Assembly (NCBI RefSeq): GCF_963506605.1
Contig: NC_083279.1
Coordinates: 50,530,001-50,594,000, forward strand
From: Zootoca vivipara
Lineage: Eukaryota
Length of the DNA: 64,000 nt
Direction: 5' to 3'
The translations under genes and the position numbers were made by a program. Positions within the stretch are counted from its first letter, which is position 1, and each line of letters starts with the position of its first letter. Positions 24,405-39,100 of the stretch are shown in pieces. The notes below the pieces were generated by a model. That model saw only the letters and a program-made list of their open reading frames with translations. It was not told the origin of the DNA and searched no databases.

Positions 24405-25269
24405 TTTTTTGTGTTATGCTGCCCTTTTTGCTTTGTCCACCAGAAAGCCAACCTGTCATGGGGCAATTGTAGGTTATTGGTTAAGGCTTCTCTAATTTCC
24501 CTCTTCATTTCCTTTACTACCGACAGATACTTCGTCTTCCGTAAGAGCCTTCTGTTTTGTCATTTTCATTTATACCTGTTCATAGTCCATCTCCTCCAGT
24601 CATAGCCAGAAATATGACCCTTTTATCAAACAGTTAAGAAATGGCATAATGAACTCCCAATATCTCTGTACTGAAAAAGGCATTTCAAATATTTTTGGCA
24701 ACATTTTTACTTTTTTACCTTTTACTATTTTTACTATTTACTACTTTCATTTGAAGCTTCCTCTCATTTTAGTAACATAATTGGAAGTGGAGGATTCAGA
24801 CTGGTCCTCCTATTGAACAGAGTACGGTTTTATAAAAGGTGCCATTCCATCTCACCACTTTGTCAAAATCTGCAGGGTTAAGAGAACATTGCCAGGGTCG
24901 ACATTCTGCCTGACAGTAGCTGAGACTTCGGTCAGTGAGAGGCAGGGACAAGACTGGTAAAGGTCTATTATTTACAGTAGAAGGACTGCTGTGGCTGTGG
25001 GAGAATAAGGATGCTTGAAGAATTCAGTTTCTGTGAGTTCTGATGCTAACTGACTTTTGGGACTGTAGTACAGATTGGAACATGATTCTTCTTTCACACT
25101 GCTGAATTTTGTGGTGAGCGTTTCAGCTCAAATAAATGCACCATAATGCATTTAGAAAGGTGGTGGAGGAGATTTTATTATTTATTTAAATATGTATTTT
25201 CTTATGTAGCTCATGATGGATACTGTTCTGGCTCGCAATTTAAGAAACTGCAGATATATTTCAGAAGTA

Positions 25270-25510
25270 CAGTGGTACCTCAGTTTAAGAACAGCCCTGT
25301 TTACGAACTATTTGGTATACGAACTCCACAAAACTGCAAGTAGTGTTCCCGTTAGCGAACTTTACCTCAATCGACGAATGGAAGCTGAACGGTGGAGGGG
25401 CACTGGCGGCAGGAGGCCTCATTAGGTAAAGTGTGCCTCGGTTTAAGAACGGCTTTGGTTTAGGAACGGACTTCCGGAACGGATTAAGTTCGTAAACCGA
25501 GGTACCACTG
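25270..25510. mobile_element. Tc1/mariner MITE
   Basis: TA-CAGTGGTACCTCAGTTTA...TAAACCGAGGTACCACTG-TA. Confidence 0.93.
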
Positions 25511-27634
25511 TATAGCGAGAGGGAGATAGCAACCAACAAATGTGGCAAGTGAAAGAGAAACAAAGCCTTGAAAAGTTTATGTCGCATTTCAGTAGCTGCA
25601 TTTGCAGAGAGCTTCTTTTTGTATTCACAACAACTTGAATGTTAAGGGTTTTTTTTCAACACCACAAACCTCTAGCCTTTTAAAACCAGAAGGGAAATGT
25701 TACCATAGCAATGGGTCAGCATTTGCAAAAGCAGAATTTACGTCTTTTGTGACGCTAGTCCACAGCACTTGAACGTTAATTACAGTTGTGGCATTCCATG
25801 CAGATCACAGGCAATGTCTATCAAGAAACAAAAGAGAGATCTGACAGCACTTGGGAAATGCCTTTCAGATCAAAAGTAAATAGTACAAAGAACACACTTT
25901 CCTAGCAAATAAAAAAGTCAATAAATTCTACATCCCTTGAAGAGCCAGTACATTTCCTCAATGTTTCACTAGCTCTCTGGGCATAATTTTCTCCCAATGC
26001 CTTCCCCCCTACCCCTTACTATGAGAGAAACAATGGGAGGGAGCAACATCACATACAGAAGGGCTCTTCATGTTGACACACAGAGTGTTGTAAGCAGGTG
26101 GAGTATTCTCAGGCCAAAAATATTGGGGCGAGAGGGGAAGTAAGGTTTAGAAATGTTTCTCAAACATGTTGATTGAAAAAAGGGATGGATTCCTTCAAAG
26201 GCAATCTTCTGGGAACTCCATACCAATGGTGGACAGGGCAGAGGCAAAAGTGGGTGGAGGAACAGATGTGACTTGCCTTTGTACAGTAAATGCCAGAGGT
26301 TTTTATGCATAGATGCCAACTCCTAGGGGCCTAGGTCCCTCCGGCTACGCGCGCAGCAATGTTAACAACAATCAGTTGTGGAGGCCAATCTTGGAGTCTA
26401 TCGCAGTGCACCTTCCATGGCTGCATCCTCCACTTCTTCCTCTTCCTGCCATGGAGGGGGAGGAGGCAGGGAAGCAGCAAATGGGATAAAATCAAAACCT
26501 GAGAAACCTCACAATGAAGGCTCCACAGGGCCAAAGAACACTCCCCAATGTTCTACTGATGTTTCTTTCTTTCTGGAGGAAAACTGTCATGTACGCTAAT
26601 GTTTTAGTCAAAGCTAGAAAAATAGTGCTTGTGTTCCTAATCATTGTGATTATTAAATGTCTGGGTCCTTTTCCCTATTCCTGTTTGTGTAAATAAGGGG
26701 GCTGTACTTTTTACCACCCTTTCATGGTGATGTGGAAGTCACGGGGTAGGTAAAGAGCAAGAAATAAATTTGCATTGCTAATGCTGACAGCTTATAAAAT
26801 TGATATCTGTGTGAAGCAAATGAGGAGCAAAATAAATAAGGAACTTGCATTATTATCAAACAAAATGCAAGTCTGAAAAGGAACAGAAAGTCCTTTGAGG
26901 TTTTGATTGTGCATTTTACACAGAGTGTGCCTCAGAATGGAGCTTTTATACAAATCTTTATTTATAGTTTTCACCAAACAATCTTCTGTTGTATTACAGA
27001 AAGGACACTATCAAAACTATATTTAAATATAGACCACAAATTAAAACACTACTAGATCATTCCAAAGTGATTATACCCTTATGCATGCTTATTTACCATT
27101 TGGAATTCTAAAGTGTGTGTTATTTATCAAAGGCAAGATTCTGGGGAATTATCTTAGGAGGTTTTTCACTCTGCGTGACCCTTGTAGCAGGAATGAATAA
27201 AAGCATGCTAAGAAACAACTCAGTATGTTTCCTGTATTTTCTGATGTGACAAATTTGTTTCTGTGATTAACGGTGCTTTGTGATGAATTTTCTACAGAAT
27301 TAATTTCAGTTATAATTACTAATACCTAAAGTGGTGTCCAATTTCAGGAAATAAAAATGATTCTTTATTGCCAAGCTTTGGCACAATGGCAAAATGAGTT
27401 AAAACACAGGGCTTATTCGTTTTTTCCTTGAAAAGCCCTCTTACATTATATAATCTGATGCAGGGAAAAGTCTCCCTCCCCAACTGTGAAGTTCCCTTGT
27501 GGTTGTACCCTCCTTAGGGTTGGAGTTATATTTTATTATGAACATGATTCATAAGCCTTTTGAAGGCTGTAATACAACCAGCCAAAATCAGCCCAGGTCT
27601 AGTATATTTAGGTACCTGTTGAAGAAATTTTATT

Positions 27635-28495
27635 TTCTTTTATTTTCTTTAAAAAAATTATTGAACAAACTTAACAAAATACATTATCAATCAATATCAT
27701 CAATTACATTTCCTTGCTTTTTTTTACCTTCCCCTTCCTCCCTCTCCCACCCTCCCAAGACTTCCCTCAGCTCCCCCCTCTGATTTGTTTGCACATGTTA
27801 TTCTCTGCATGTTATAAAATTGTACATTTCCCAACCTTATCTTTCCTATGTTCTACTACTAAATTGTGGGTGTTCATTCAAAACCTGCCAAGGAGTCCAA
27901 ATCTTTTTGTTGTATTTTTAGATAACTTGTAAAAAGTTCCCATTCTTCCTTAAAGTCACGGTTGTCCTTCTCTCATAGTTTATATGTTAATTTTGCCAGT
28001 TCCACATAGCTCATCAGTTTTTCTTCCTCATTCTTCCAGCCTTGTGCTAACAAGACTTTTGCCACTATTGTAGCATACATGAATAAGTTCTTTGTTTTCC
28101 TTGGCAGGTCTTGTCCTAAAATCCCTAACAAAAATGCTTCTGGTTTTTGTTTTCTGTTTTTCACAAATGTCCTTTTAAACATTTTTTTCAATTCATTATA
28201 TATCATTTCCTGAAATCTTCTAACTTCTCTACATTCCCACCCCATATGATAAAAAGTACCTTCCTTTTCTTTACATTTCCAACATTTATTTAACCCAGTT
28301 TTCTACATTTTTGCCATTTTTACTGGTGTAATGTTCTCGAAGCTACGAACATGAGTTTGACCAAACTGCGGGAGGCAGTGCAAGACAGGAGTGCCTGGCG
28401 TGCTATGGTCCATGGGGTCACGAAGAGTCGGACACGACTAAACGACAAAACAATGTACCATCTATACATCATTTTCATGTAATTTTCCTTCAGAA
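27635..28495 (-). mobile_element. L1-clade LINE 3' fragment (ORF2 C-terminal Cys-rich region and 3' UTR), interrupted by BovB
   Basis: Antisense translation gives MYRWYITPVKM...CWKCKEKEGTFYHM.WEC and KPEAFLLGIL...LFMYATIVAKVLLAQGWK; T-rich tail. Confidence 0.8.
28335..28451 (+). mobile_element. BovB extreme 3' fragment nested in L1
   Basis: 'tctcgaagctacgaacatgag...gacacgactaaacgac'; TSD AATGT at 28330-28334 and 28452-28456; removing it restores the L1 reading. Confidence 0.93.
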
Positions 28496-28716
28496 TAAAT
28501 TTTATTTTCTTTAAGAAGGCTTTCCCTACGGGGTGACCCAGTTACTTAAGTATATCTGAAGAAATTGTTTTATTGTTTTAAAATTTGTAAAGATGGTTTT
28601 AATGTTTTTAGAACTTGTGTTTTCATACTTTATTCTGTTTTAATCCTACACACCACTTGAATGGCTTTATGCCATAAAACTGCCTATTCATTAGTTAAAT
28701 ATAAACAAATTAATAA

Positions 28717-28787
28717 ATCCTATAAAACCTGAGAAAACCCATTGAACTCAGTTGACTTCTGAGTAGACATGCATAGGGTTGCACTGC
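28717..28787. mobile_element. Short palindromic interspersed element (old MITE-like)
   Basis: 'aatcctata...cctgagaaaacccattgaactcag..gacttctgagtagacatgcatagggttgca'; related copies at about 2950-3030, 20219-20968, 34790-34970 and 46250-46315. Confidence 0.55.
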
Positions 28788-31700
28788 TAGTCCCATTTAT
28801 TTGAGTGGAAGAGATTTAATCATGCACTTAATTATCTCTCACTGAAATCAATGGGACTTTGATGTGCTTGGCTTTGGTTGGCTTATGCTGTGTGTATCTA
28901 ATATCATAATCAACCATCATTTATTTGTATGCGACCTTTCCATATTTTAACCATGCTCAAGGCGGCTTACAACATGAAAGGATTTACATAAAATATAACA
29001 AAGGCAGTCATGATGAGGATTTATTTGCTTTCCTTAATAAGACTGCTTCTCCATGTAACCCCCTCTTTTCAGAAATAACCAGGTAAACTTATCCTGAGCT
29101 TATGATATATATTTTAAAAGAATCAATAAGAAACTTCTTGGCAAATATTTCCTGTTTGTGAATTTTTCGGTCTATCATTGGGGAGCCCATAGGAATTGTT
29201 AAGGCTATATACCAGTCAGCTGTCTTGAATCCAAAAGGGGCAAAAAAACAGAGCATCGGCCAAGAAATCATTTCATTACACTCATGGAATGGAAATTCAC
29301 GGTGAAATAGCATCCATCCCCAAGGGCTAGCTTCACTTAGAGGTTAGGAGAATAGCTGTAAATTATTTCACTTATGGGCTCTGTAACAGTCACTACTAAG
29401 CAAGTGTTATGAGTTTACAGTGACTAAGATTAAAAGAATCACCATATAAAAAAACCAGGGGTTTACTACTTTTCCATGGGATGTATAAGAAAAGGGAGAT
29501 AACAGACCCAGGGGGTAGGAGAGGGGGAAACTCATAACTATTTTGGCTACATGAGGGAATGGAATCGTTGTTGGCTATTGAATATGTTGGAGCCAAAAGT
29601 AGACATAATATAGTGAAATTGTATTCAAGCTTGAGTCAGCTTTTCAGTAAGTGAAGGGAAATTACTGTCCCACAGTGAGTTTCTGTAATGAATTTGTCTG
29701 AAGGCTAGTCCTAGCTGGGGTTAAGGTCAGACATGGTTCAATTTGTTACTGGGTGCTTTTGCTTAAAGAAACGGAAGGCAGCCCTAAAGAAGAGCAGGTT
29801 TTAAATTGCAGCCAGTCTAATTGCATCCTGTGTCTTTTGTATAACCTGTGGTGTTTCTGCTCATTTTTTTTTAAAGTATCTGTAGTGGAAGGAGGAAAGA
29901 ATGAGCATTTTCTGCACTTTTCAGACAAAAGAAAGTTTTCACTGGAGGCAAATGAGACTAAAAGGTACACTGAACTTAAAGAGTAAGAGACCAGTCTTGG
30001 GCAAAAATTATTATTTAATAGGATTTTTAAAAGATTTACCTGTAGATAGTTTTGTGTACAATGAGCAAGGCATTACCTGTGCTAACTCACCAGTGTTCAA
30101 CTTTTTCCCATTGGCAAACCCCCTTTCATATAGACATCTACTTGACTGCTGTAGAAACCCAGAGGATTCTGGGTGTATTCAAGGATGCACATTGGTAGTG
30201 CATGCAAGGCACTGCTTGGTTTGTTGGGCATCATAATAGTATGGCACAGAGTGCACCCAAAACTTTCCTGTTGCTGTACACATTTACAGGTGAAAATCAA
30301 TAATGCAAGAAAATTATTGTACAGGAAAACAGGTTCTCTCACTGAGGAAACCCTCATATGGTTCAAAGGTACACCAGAGGTCTCCAGAATGCAATTTGAT
30401 CCCTTCCTCATAGTGGGCTTATCTGTGGTACTCCTCCTCCTCCTCTAGAGTTGACACAAAATGGAAAGCACAGAATCACCAAAGTATTAGGGAGGCAATC
30501 CATCTCTGTGTATGGCAGGCAAATAAAGACACTGGGTTGTAGCCAACAAAACTATCCCAATAGCACATGGATTTCTGATTGCACAATGGGACAGGATCTC
30601 TCTCTCCTTCTCTCCATAGGCCCTCTGTGCACACCCACCCCTGAATCTGTTCTGGGTCTCTCCTACCTTCCAGAGCAGGGAAGGCATGATGTGTGTGGGG
30701 AAGAGAAGTCCCATTACATAAGCAGAAGGTCTTGCACTAACAGGACTACTTCACTGGGTTCAACTGTCTGTCTCCAAAGCTAAGTCACAACAGGCTTGTT
30801 GACACTGTCTCCCATTTTTGTTTCATGCCTGATTCGCCTTCAAGTGGTGCAATGAATTTTAAGTGCTCTGGGAGCCCAAACTAAAGCTCTGTCTGAAAAG
30901 CTACTATTTTAAGCACTAAATAGCTCACAACTCACGTTGCAAAGCTGTTTCCAAAACTTGATGGCACTTTAATCTTCAAAGATTATCACGATGGCCCTAA
31001 GGTCACAGAATTAAAATACAACAGAATATTATCAGGGCTGAGCCAAAGCTAGGAGGGTGATGGTGGAAAAGCTTTTTGCTGAACATTTTCACAAATGGGA
31101 GATATATCCTGTTTGGGTGATGTTAAATGCCTTTTTGTGAAAGGCTTCAAAACAGTTTGCAAGGGAGTAGGCATCAGAAGATCGGACCAACACTCATACT
31201 CTGATCCAACTGTGATTCATTGATTCAGAATGTAGATGGGGACGCATTTTTATTTTCCCCACTTTTATTTGTTTTTTTCATTGTTTACTGTTTCCCCCAC
31301 TAGATAATGCTGCTAGCCACTAAGGTTAATTCCCTCCTCCACCTTTTTACTTATGTAATGCTCTTTTGAACAGCAAGAAGAGCTCGAAAGATTCTTGTGT
31401 AGTAGATGCTATGATTAGTTGGGCTATATTTTATGTATTAAGGTATGAACATGCCAAATTTATGACGCAAGTTTTCTCCAGAAAGAGCGATGGTGTGCAA
31501 GCTGACCCCTGGTTGCCCTTGAGCTACCAGGTTTGTTTTTACAGGACAGAGCACTTACCTCACCATCCACAAAGCAAGTACTGAGGAAGTAATTATCACC
31601 TTAAGGATTCCAGTTCAACTGTGAAATCCAGCCAGGACTCCATCTCTCATCTGAAGCCACACTGAAAGGTTGTGTGTGAGAACCTGATGGAAGGAGCAAA

Positions 31701-34700
31701 ATAAGAGGATTAGCAAAGCATCTGGTGGCATTAACAAACTACCATTGTGAAAATATTGTTGCATTATTTTTAAAGTGAGAGTTAATAATTTATTTGCTGG
31801 GAAATTTGAGCAAGCCAGAGGAAAACAAAGTTTTATGGAAGATGAAAAATGAGAAATGGATTTCTTTAAATTTCTTTTGGCATCTCAGGCTAATTGTCAA
31901 GACTCCAGTTCCCTCAGCTTCTCCCTTGACATCTCTGTCTCTTCTCCAGTTCCTCAGTGATCAAATTACAAATTGAGAGAAGCGCTGTTGCTGGACTCAG
32001 TTCTGACCTTAAAAGGGAACTATCAATTTCTCCACTGTCCATGCATCATAGGAAGGCTAGAATGGACATAAATTCTCTCTATTAACTTGAGTATCTAAAC
32101 AAACGTAAGAGGGTAAGGAACAGAGCAAGTGTCTGTTTTCACCCATTTGAATGGGCAAATCTCGGAATAGAAAGTATAAACGAGCCAACCCAAAGACTTG
32201 GAAATATTGCACTATTTCATTCCCAGATCAGCAGATTAAGTTGGAAGTGCTGCTAATCCCAAGACGTGAAATTTATCTTAGAGCTGCTTTGTGCTTCTTC
32301 TTTTCTTTGACACAGCAGGACCTTTTGACAGTGATTTTAATGTGCCATTTGAAAGCCACTCCCTGCTGCCTCCTGTTTTATATAAAAAACTGTGGTTTTT
32401 ATTTCCTCCCAACATACAGGCTAGGAAGGAGATGAAGGTGTGAATGACAGTATTTAGCTGTTGGAGAGCTTGGCTGCTTCTGCTATCTGGATGGAATAGC
32501 ATTTGTATGAACAGCTGGTGTGCAATGCAATCCATTCTAGCCCTTATTGTATCAGCTGCCTTTGCATGCAAGTGCATGATAGGAGAACAGTAATATCATC
32601 AGTGTGAAATGACCACTTAGGGCTGTTTCACTACATGTTTAAAGTTTCCACCAAACAAATATATTATGTTCACTTCCAAGTAGAAATATCTCAGTCAAGT
32701 CCCCGCCCCCCTGCTGCCCAGTTGTAGATCAGGGGCACAAAATGCCGAAGACTGCAAGTAAGAAAGGGTGAGGAGCCAAGCATGCAGGCAGTTCTATCAA
32801 CATCCAATAGTCTGACAGCTTAGTTTCTAAATCTAAGTATTAGAGGTGTCCACTGGCCAGAAGATTTGGCTTGTATCTGTAGCTTTGGGAAGTAGCTCAA
32901 TATGTTTTGAAGCCAATCTCCATATTTTCAATTTGATTCATTATTTGCAGCTGAATGAGATCTTTTTAAAATGAAGCTCTTTCCCAACAATAATGGAGAA
33001 TCTGAAAATAGCTTTTAGAATGGGGTGAAATTTGCAAGCATAATAGCCCCTACAGAGTGGATTCAGCCTGCTAAATTGCAGGTAGTTATATTACAGGGTT
33101 TTGTTTTGTTTTGTACAGAACACTTTAAAATGTTGATTAAAAAAATCAAAGAAAAAGTCTATGAATCTATAACATTTTCAGTAGTGAAAATTATCATAAA
33201 TTCCCAGGAAAGGCCTGGGTACAGGAAATGTAAAAACAAAACAAAAAACAGCTTTTACCCCAAGGCTTCTGCCCTGTCTATAGGGGGTGGTTTTGGGAAC
33301 ATGGTGGGCATCTCTCCAATGACTTGCATACAGAAAGAGATTTGCATGAAAAACAAACACATTTTTAAATCCATTCCTAAATCAATGTGATTGGAGTGTC
33401 CTTGAAAAATCTTCCACTGTGGTTAAATTCTAGGTGTTCCCATCAGAAAGACACCTCCCCACCTGCTCCTCTTTTGAGTGCTTCATTTTCTTGGGGGGCA
33501 GGGGAACTGGCCACGTGGTTTTCATCAGCCCAGGCCACAGGGCCACTTGGAAGCTATTGGAGCCCTTGATTCTCATCAACATGCTTTCTTTGATTTGACA
33601 AAAAATGTGTCAACCTTCCCTGAATTACCCCATAATTTGGGGACACAGACAGATCTGATTGCACACCCCTGGTATATTTCCCTGACCCATTCCATAGCTT
33701 TTCTGACCCCCGTTGGAAGAGTATTGCAATGCTAAAGATGTCTTTGCTGTGTGGCTACAATGATGTCCCACTGTGGATATTTCAGTTTTAAAAGTGAGAT
33801 GAGACCTGATAGTGATACCACATTAAACACATCTCCTATTGATCCTCTCTAACCTTGCAAAAGAGCTGGCTTGCATTAAGTACCTTTTATTTCACGGCTG
33901 CTGATGGGACCACAGATGTTAACTGCCAGGCTAAATATCCTCAGAGGTCAGCAGACAGGGCAATTGGGAGGTCACAAAGTCATCGCTTCCTGGCTAGGAA
34001 AACAATAGCAGCATTGCCCTGACTGCCCTTTGCTGCAGTTTGAGGACAACATTGTGGATTGCTGCCTCAAATTCATTTATCAATAAATCCCATGATAGTC
34101 ATATCGCCTTTCCCTCCACACCTATTTCCTGAACTGCATTAAGGTAATTCAAGTTAGTTCTCTTTTATAATGCTGTTTTTGTAATCAAGAGCTTCTGTAA
34201 TAAACAATGTAAATTATATGTGCATTTTGTCACAGTTTTCTATTCAACTTTCCCATGCATCATATACATTGTATTTTTACACCGGAACTAGCTCCTGCTT
34301 AGACAATGTTGTCACTTGCATTCATAGGGATATTGCATAACTAAGAATGTCGTATTTTGACTACCTGGTTTATTATACGTTACCTGCAGAAATGTTTGCT
34401 CACCTAAAACTGGAATTGGCTTTTTCATCATATGACTGAATTTTGTTTAGCAAATGGTTTAAATGGTTGGACAGGGCTATCCCTCTGACAACTGAGGGAA
34501 CCACTTGAGACAGTACATGATGGGTGGAGCATTGGTGAGGTTCTGGGTGACAGAGCTATGAGCTGGTCTTCTCTGTAACTCTTTAAGCTAGTCTACTGCT
34601 AGAGAATGCTGTCCCACTGCCGGTGCTGATGATTCAGCTGTCAATCTGATTGGTTTCTGCACATGGAATGTGGTGGTGGAGGAGGATAGGAGTGCTACCT

Positions 34701-34789
34701 TGTCCATTTCAGAAAGCAAAATGTTTTGTAGTAGCCCTGGTTGCAAAACCATAAAAAGATGGAAACAGAGTAGCACATTATAATCTCAG

Positions 34790-34972
34790 GGTGCAATTCT
34801 ATCCACACTTTACTGAAAATAAGCCCCCACTGAATACAGTTACTCTTACTTTGAGCATATGCCGAGAGGATTTCATTGCAAGATGTAATCCTATGTACAG
34901 TACACGTATCTGGAGGGAAGCCCCACTGAACATGGTGGGATGTTTATTTCTAAGTAAATGTGCTTAGGACAG
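34790..34972. mobile_element. Two adjacent copies of the short palindromic element
   Basis: Twice 'tg(c/t)aat(t/c)ctat...aagcccc(c)actgaa...t(t)t(ga/aa)g..(a)atg...agga'. Confidence 0.5.
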
Positions 34973-35951
34973 CATTTTCCAGTGCTGTTTTAGGAAGGTG
35001 CCAGGATTCATCTAATCAGGAAGATTGAAAAAATGCAAGAAAGTTCCTCAGAACTGGAGCAAAAACAAAGAGTGGGACTCAGAATTTGGGATTCCAGGAA
35101 TGAAATTCACAGTCAGAGCATGACAAACATGATAACACATTTGCTCAGTGAGTTAACAGAGGAAGGTCCTAAAAAGTCAAGATGTCCAAACGAGGAATTT
35201 TTGAACCAAAGAGCTTACTTTGAGAATATACACAACTGGAAAGTACAGCTGTACAACTGAACCAGTTGTTAGGACATTTGATTCACTCCTTAATAGCTGT
35301 AATGCGAATCTTTCTCACTCTTTACTCTTTACACTTTTAGAATGACAAGGAATCTGATAGAAACATATGCCTCTAAGACTCATCCAGCCCTTATTGTCCT
35401 TTATATACAACAAATTTTGGATCTGTGGTTGATTATTCTCTGTGGTCAAGTTTATCTTTTGTTTTTATTAACTTTGTGCAATATATGTTGTGTAAACAGA
35501 AGAACGTACTCCCCCCCCCATGTGTGCGTGCACAGACCTCTATTCAGATGTGGAGTTTTTGAAATAATTTTATTATGGTTTGCTTATATTATTATGTATT
35601 ATACCCTGCCCTGGTATCTATGAATGGGGGAACATAAACAAACAAAGGCAGGTTGGAAGAAATTGCAATTGCTAAACTGCCATGCGGCAACAAGAAATGG
35701 GCTGTATATGAAGCACATAATATCAACATGGAACTGGTAGAACACAGCCCTGGGGGAAAAGAAGATTTGCCTTTTTTTCCTTTTCAGAAAAGAGGTCCTA
35801 TGTTTTTTCTGAATCATTCATTCACCCACTCACTCATTCAAGTAACATGTTGAGTAATTTCGTTGTTCCTGCAAGGGGACAATGACAATAAAGATATGTT
35901 ATGGCTGAACGTTAAGAACGAAAAAAAGGGGTTGACCACCCCTTCAAATAA

Positions 35952-36030
35952 TCAGAATCATAGAATTTTAGATATGGAAGGGACCATGTAGGCTTTCTAG
36001 TCCAATCCCTTCCAATGCAGGAAACATCTG
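35952..36030 (-). mobile_element. CR1-type 3' end relic
   Basis: 'aatcagaatcatagaattttag..atggaagggacc...tctagtccaatccc', the antisense of the CR1 ATTCTATG tail and stem-loop. Confidence 0.6.
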
Positions 36031-36122
36031 TCTAACATGGGGTTTGAAGCCACATGTTCTCAGTCTTAATTTAAAAATGATGTTGTTGCAAAGTCATACA
36101 CAGGAAAAACAGTGTCCCAATA

Positions 36123-36160
<38 letters not shown>
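36123..36160. repeat. (ATT)n microsatellite
   Basis: Direct reading. Confidence 0.97.
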
Positions 36161-36163
<3 letters not shown>

Positions 36164-39100
36164 ATTTCATTAGCTTTAGTAACACTTTCCTGGAATCTAA
36201 TTTAAAGTAGTCCTTCAATTAGTAGTGGGTCCTGGAGTTGCAGTACCATAGACAGCTCCAAGCTAAGACACGCTCCAATAAGGTTTAGAGCTCAGCTTAA
36301 GTTATACAGTAATCTTCTTGGGCCAGGTTCCTCCCCTTCAAGAGATAGTCCTTTTAATTTGAACCATAGGACTCCAGTCAGTTCTTACCATATTCATGGC
36401 CTACACTGGCCAGGAAGCACCAGTGTACATTACATCCCTGTAATAAACAGTGCCAGTTTCTTTGAGCAATCTGGATCAGGGAGTGCTGTCTCAAAGGACA
36501 GTTTAGGGGTGGGGGTTTGGGGCATTCCCAGCTCAGGCTGTTAGTTTTCCTGACTCAATTGGTTACACCTCCTCTTCATTGGTTGGTTAGGGTCTAGTTG
36601 GTTGGTAGCTGTTGGTTGGGGTTCACAAGTCCCATGATTTTGATAAGAGATATCAGAATGTACAAATTCCTTTGAAAAATGAACAAAACCTGTTCATGGA
36701 CAATTTGCACATAGGGGAAAAATGGCATTCAGTTTGCCCAATGGCATTTATCACAAATTATTTCATTAGTTTCAGTCATATTCTTTCTTGAAATTGAATC
36801 TTAAGGAACAGCAGTTGCAGCGATTAAAATAAATTTCTGAAACTTAGCATTGAGGAACACAGCTCTCACAAAGGAAACAGAAGCCCTAAAGTGAGGCAGA
36901 AGGGAAAGGGAGGGGAAGAATGAGAGAATATCACAGCATTAAACACCACTTTCTGTGGAAACAATTAGTGATGTAAGTGTATTCTTGAAAATGAACTACT
37001 TTAGAATGAGATTACTTACAAGCATCATCTCTGCTACAATACCCATAAAGAGTCCCGCAATTCTGAGAAGTCCTCTTCAGAGACAATGCTTATTGGAATT
37101 CATAGACAATATTTCATGCTGTACTCTTTGAAATTAGCTAATGTTTGGGTCATGCATAGTCTTCAAATTGCCAAAATCTCCAGGGCTTTGCTGTAGGGAA
37201 ACCTGATGCAATGTACAAAGTATTTAAACCGCAAAATATATTTGTGGCTGCCAACCAATTGGAGCTTCTAGAACTACCAGTATATGTCAAGATGGACTAA
37301 GCTTCCACAGCCAAATATGGCTAAGACTCTCATCCTAATTTGCCTAAAGCATAAATATTTTTGTGGTTGTATATACCTTGCATTTCATTCCACCTAAATC
37401 CCTGTTGCTGCAAGGGGATTAGCTTTGCATAGAAAACTAAGCAGGTAGGTCAATAAAACAAAACTGCTGTTATGCATATCCAGCTGGTCAAGGGCTTTGG
37501 CAATTTCTTGATTTACCAGTGGCAAATCAAAAAGTGGGAAAATTCCCTCACCCTCATACATTTTTTCTGTCTCACATTCCGATCATCCCAAATTCTGGTT
37601 TATTTAGAAGAATTTCTAAAAAAACAAATAAATCTGGAATTGGAGCATGCACAATTCCAAAGGAAGCTCAGTAAGGGCAAGTGAGATGTCTTTCAGTCAG
37701 CCAGTTCTCTGTAACCAATCTTCCCACTCTAGAACCCTTGTAAGGGGCTTATATGCCACCAGGCTCTGCAGATAAAAATGCATCAAATCTTGGTCTAGCC
37801 CCTAGGGTGATTTTGGTTTGCAAAACATTTATGAATCCCTCTTTTGATTTGTGATTTTTGGAACTTGAAGCACTACTGTGTTTGCCTGGTAAGGGCATAA
37901 AGATGAACAAATGGGATCCAGTTAGTTTTGTCATGGCCTGATGATTATCACCTTGTGATGAAATGGAGGCAGATTTTTCACTGGTTGCACTAGTGTTGTG
38001 GAATGCTATCCCATCAATATTGGCAGTTAGTGGGCTCTTGAAGACACACTTGTTTAGATCACCATTCCTCTGATCTACTGACTTGAACCCTCTGCTTTAA
38101 TTGCTGTATTAACTCTTTTAATTGCTATGCTGCTTTAATGTTCTGGTGGAATTGTTTGATTGTGAATTTCAATTATATGTGTTCATATTTTTGTAATTTG
38201 TTTCTTATTTGTAAACGACTTAAAAGTAATCTTGGAAACCAACTGGTTTTTAAAATAATATAATTAAATCAACAACTAATATTATGATGATCACAAATTT
38301 ATATATTACCCTTGCTCCCAAATGGGAGACCAGATGAATATATCATCTGGTTTCGTTAGACCACTTGCATGAGAGGATCCACAAATATTTTCTAAAATCC
38401 AAAGTTGCCAATAAGACAGCTGTTTCATCTTGTGTGAATCCCAATGGGAATGGCAAATGTAAGCTTATGGGGTGAGTCCTATTTCAACTGTTTGAGTACT
38501 TGGGAAGGGATGAGCAAATGGATATTGTTCATTTTAATCTGACATTTTCAAGTAATAACTCACAATAGTTCCTTGTACTGTAGTGATATTCACTCAGCTT
38601 CAAATGAAAAGATGTGAAATTAGATGGAAGCAAAAACTTCTCTCGGATTATGCCAGTTAATGCAATCAATCATGTCAATCAAAGGAAAATCACAGTGGAC
38701 ATTTGCTGGAATTACTTCATATGGAACATAGGTCAAGATGGGAAATACTATACGAATACTTAATATCCATTAGCTATAACATTAATTGGAAGCATTAGAA
38801 GATCCAAGAAAATATTAACAAATGCCAGTCTAAAAGATTTCAGCTGCCACTGTATGGAAACACATTCTTTATAGGAGGAAAACATACCACAGGGACCGTT
38901 TGATGATGTTGTATTACAAGAATATTAAGGCTGGTTCCTGCCCTCAATTCAGCTAAGACTTGGTTTAAATCTGTGTGGTTCCATTGACCTCAACAACAGC
39001 ATTGATTTATCTTTGTTCTGGATTGCAGTGCACATCTGCAATTTAAAACTGCAAAATTTGCTTCACACTGGAAAATGGATGTCTTTGCTTGTCTATATAC

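Noticed and set aside
26398-26498. Minus-strand terminal exon (FDFIPFAASLPPPPPWQEEEEVEDAAMEGALR*)
   Set aside because: Short pyrimidine tract, low-complexity peptide, no recognised homolog, and the stop overlaps what may be the end of a small TIR element (about 26308-26402)
37608-37680. Coiled-coil-like exon (EFLKKQINLELEHAQFQRKLSKG)
   Set aside because: Modest splice sites; K/E-rich peptides arise by chance in A-rich DNA
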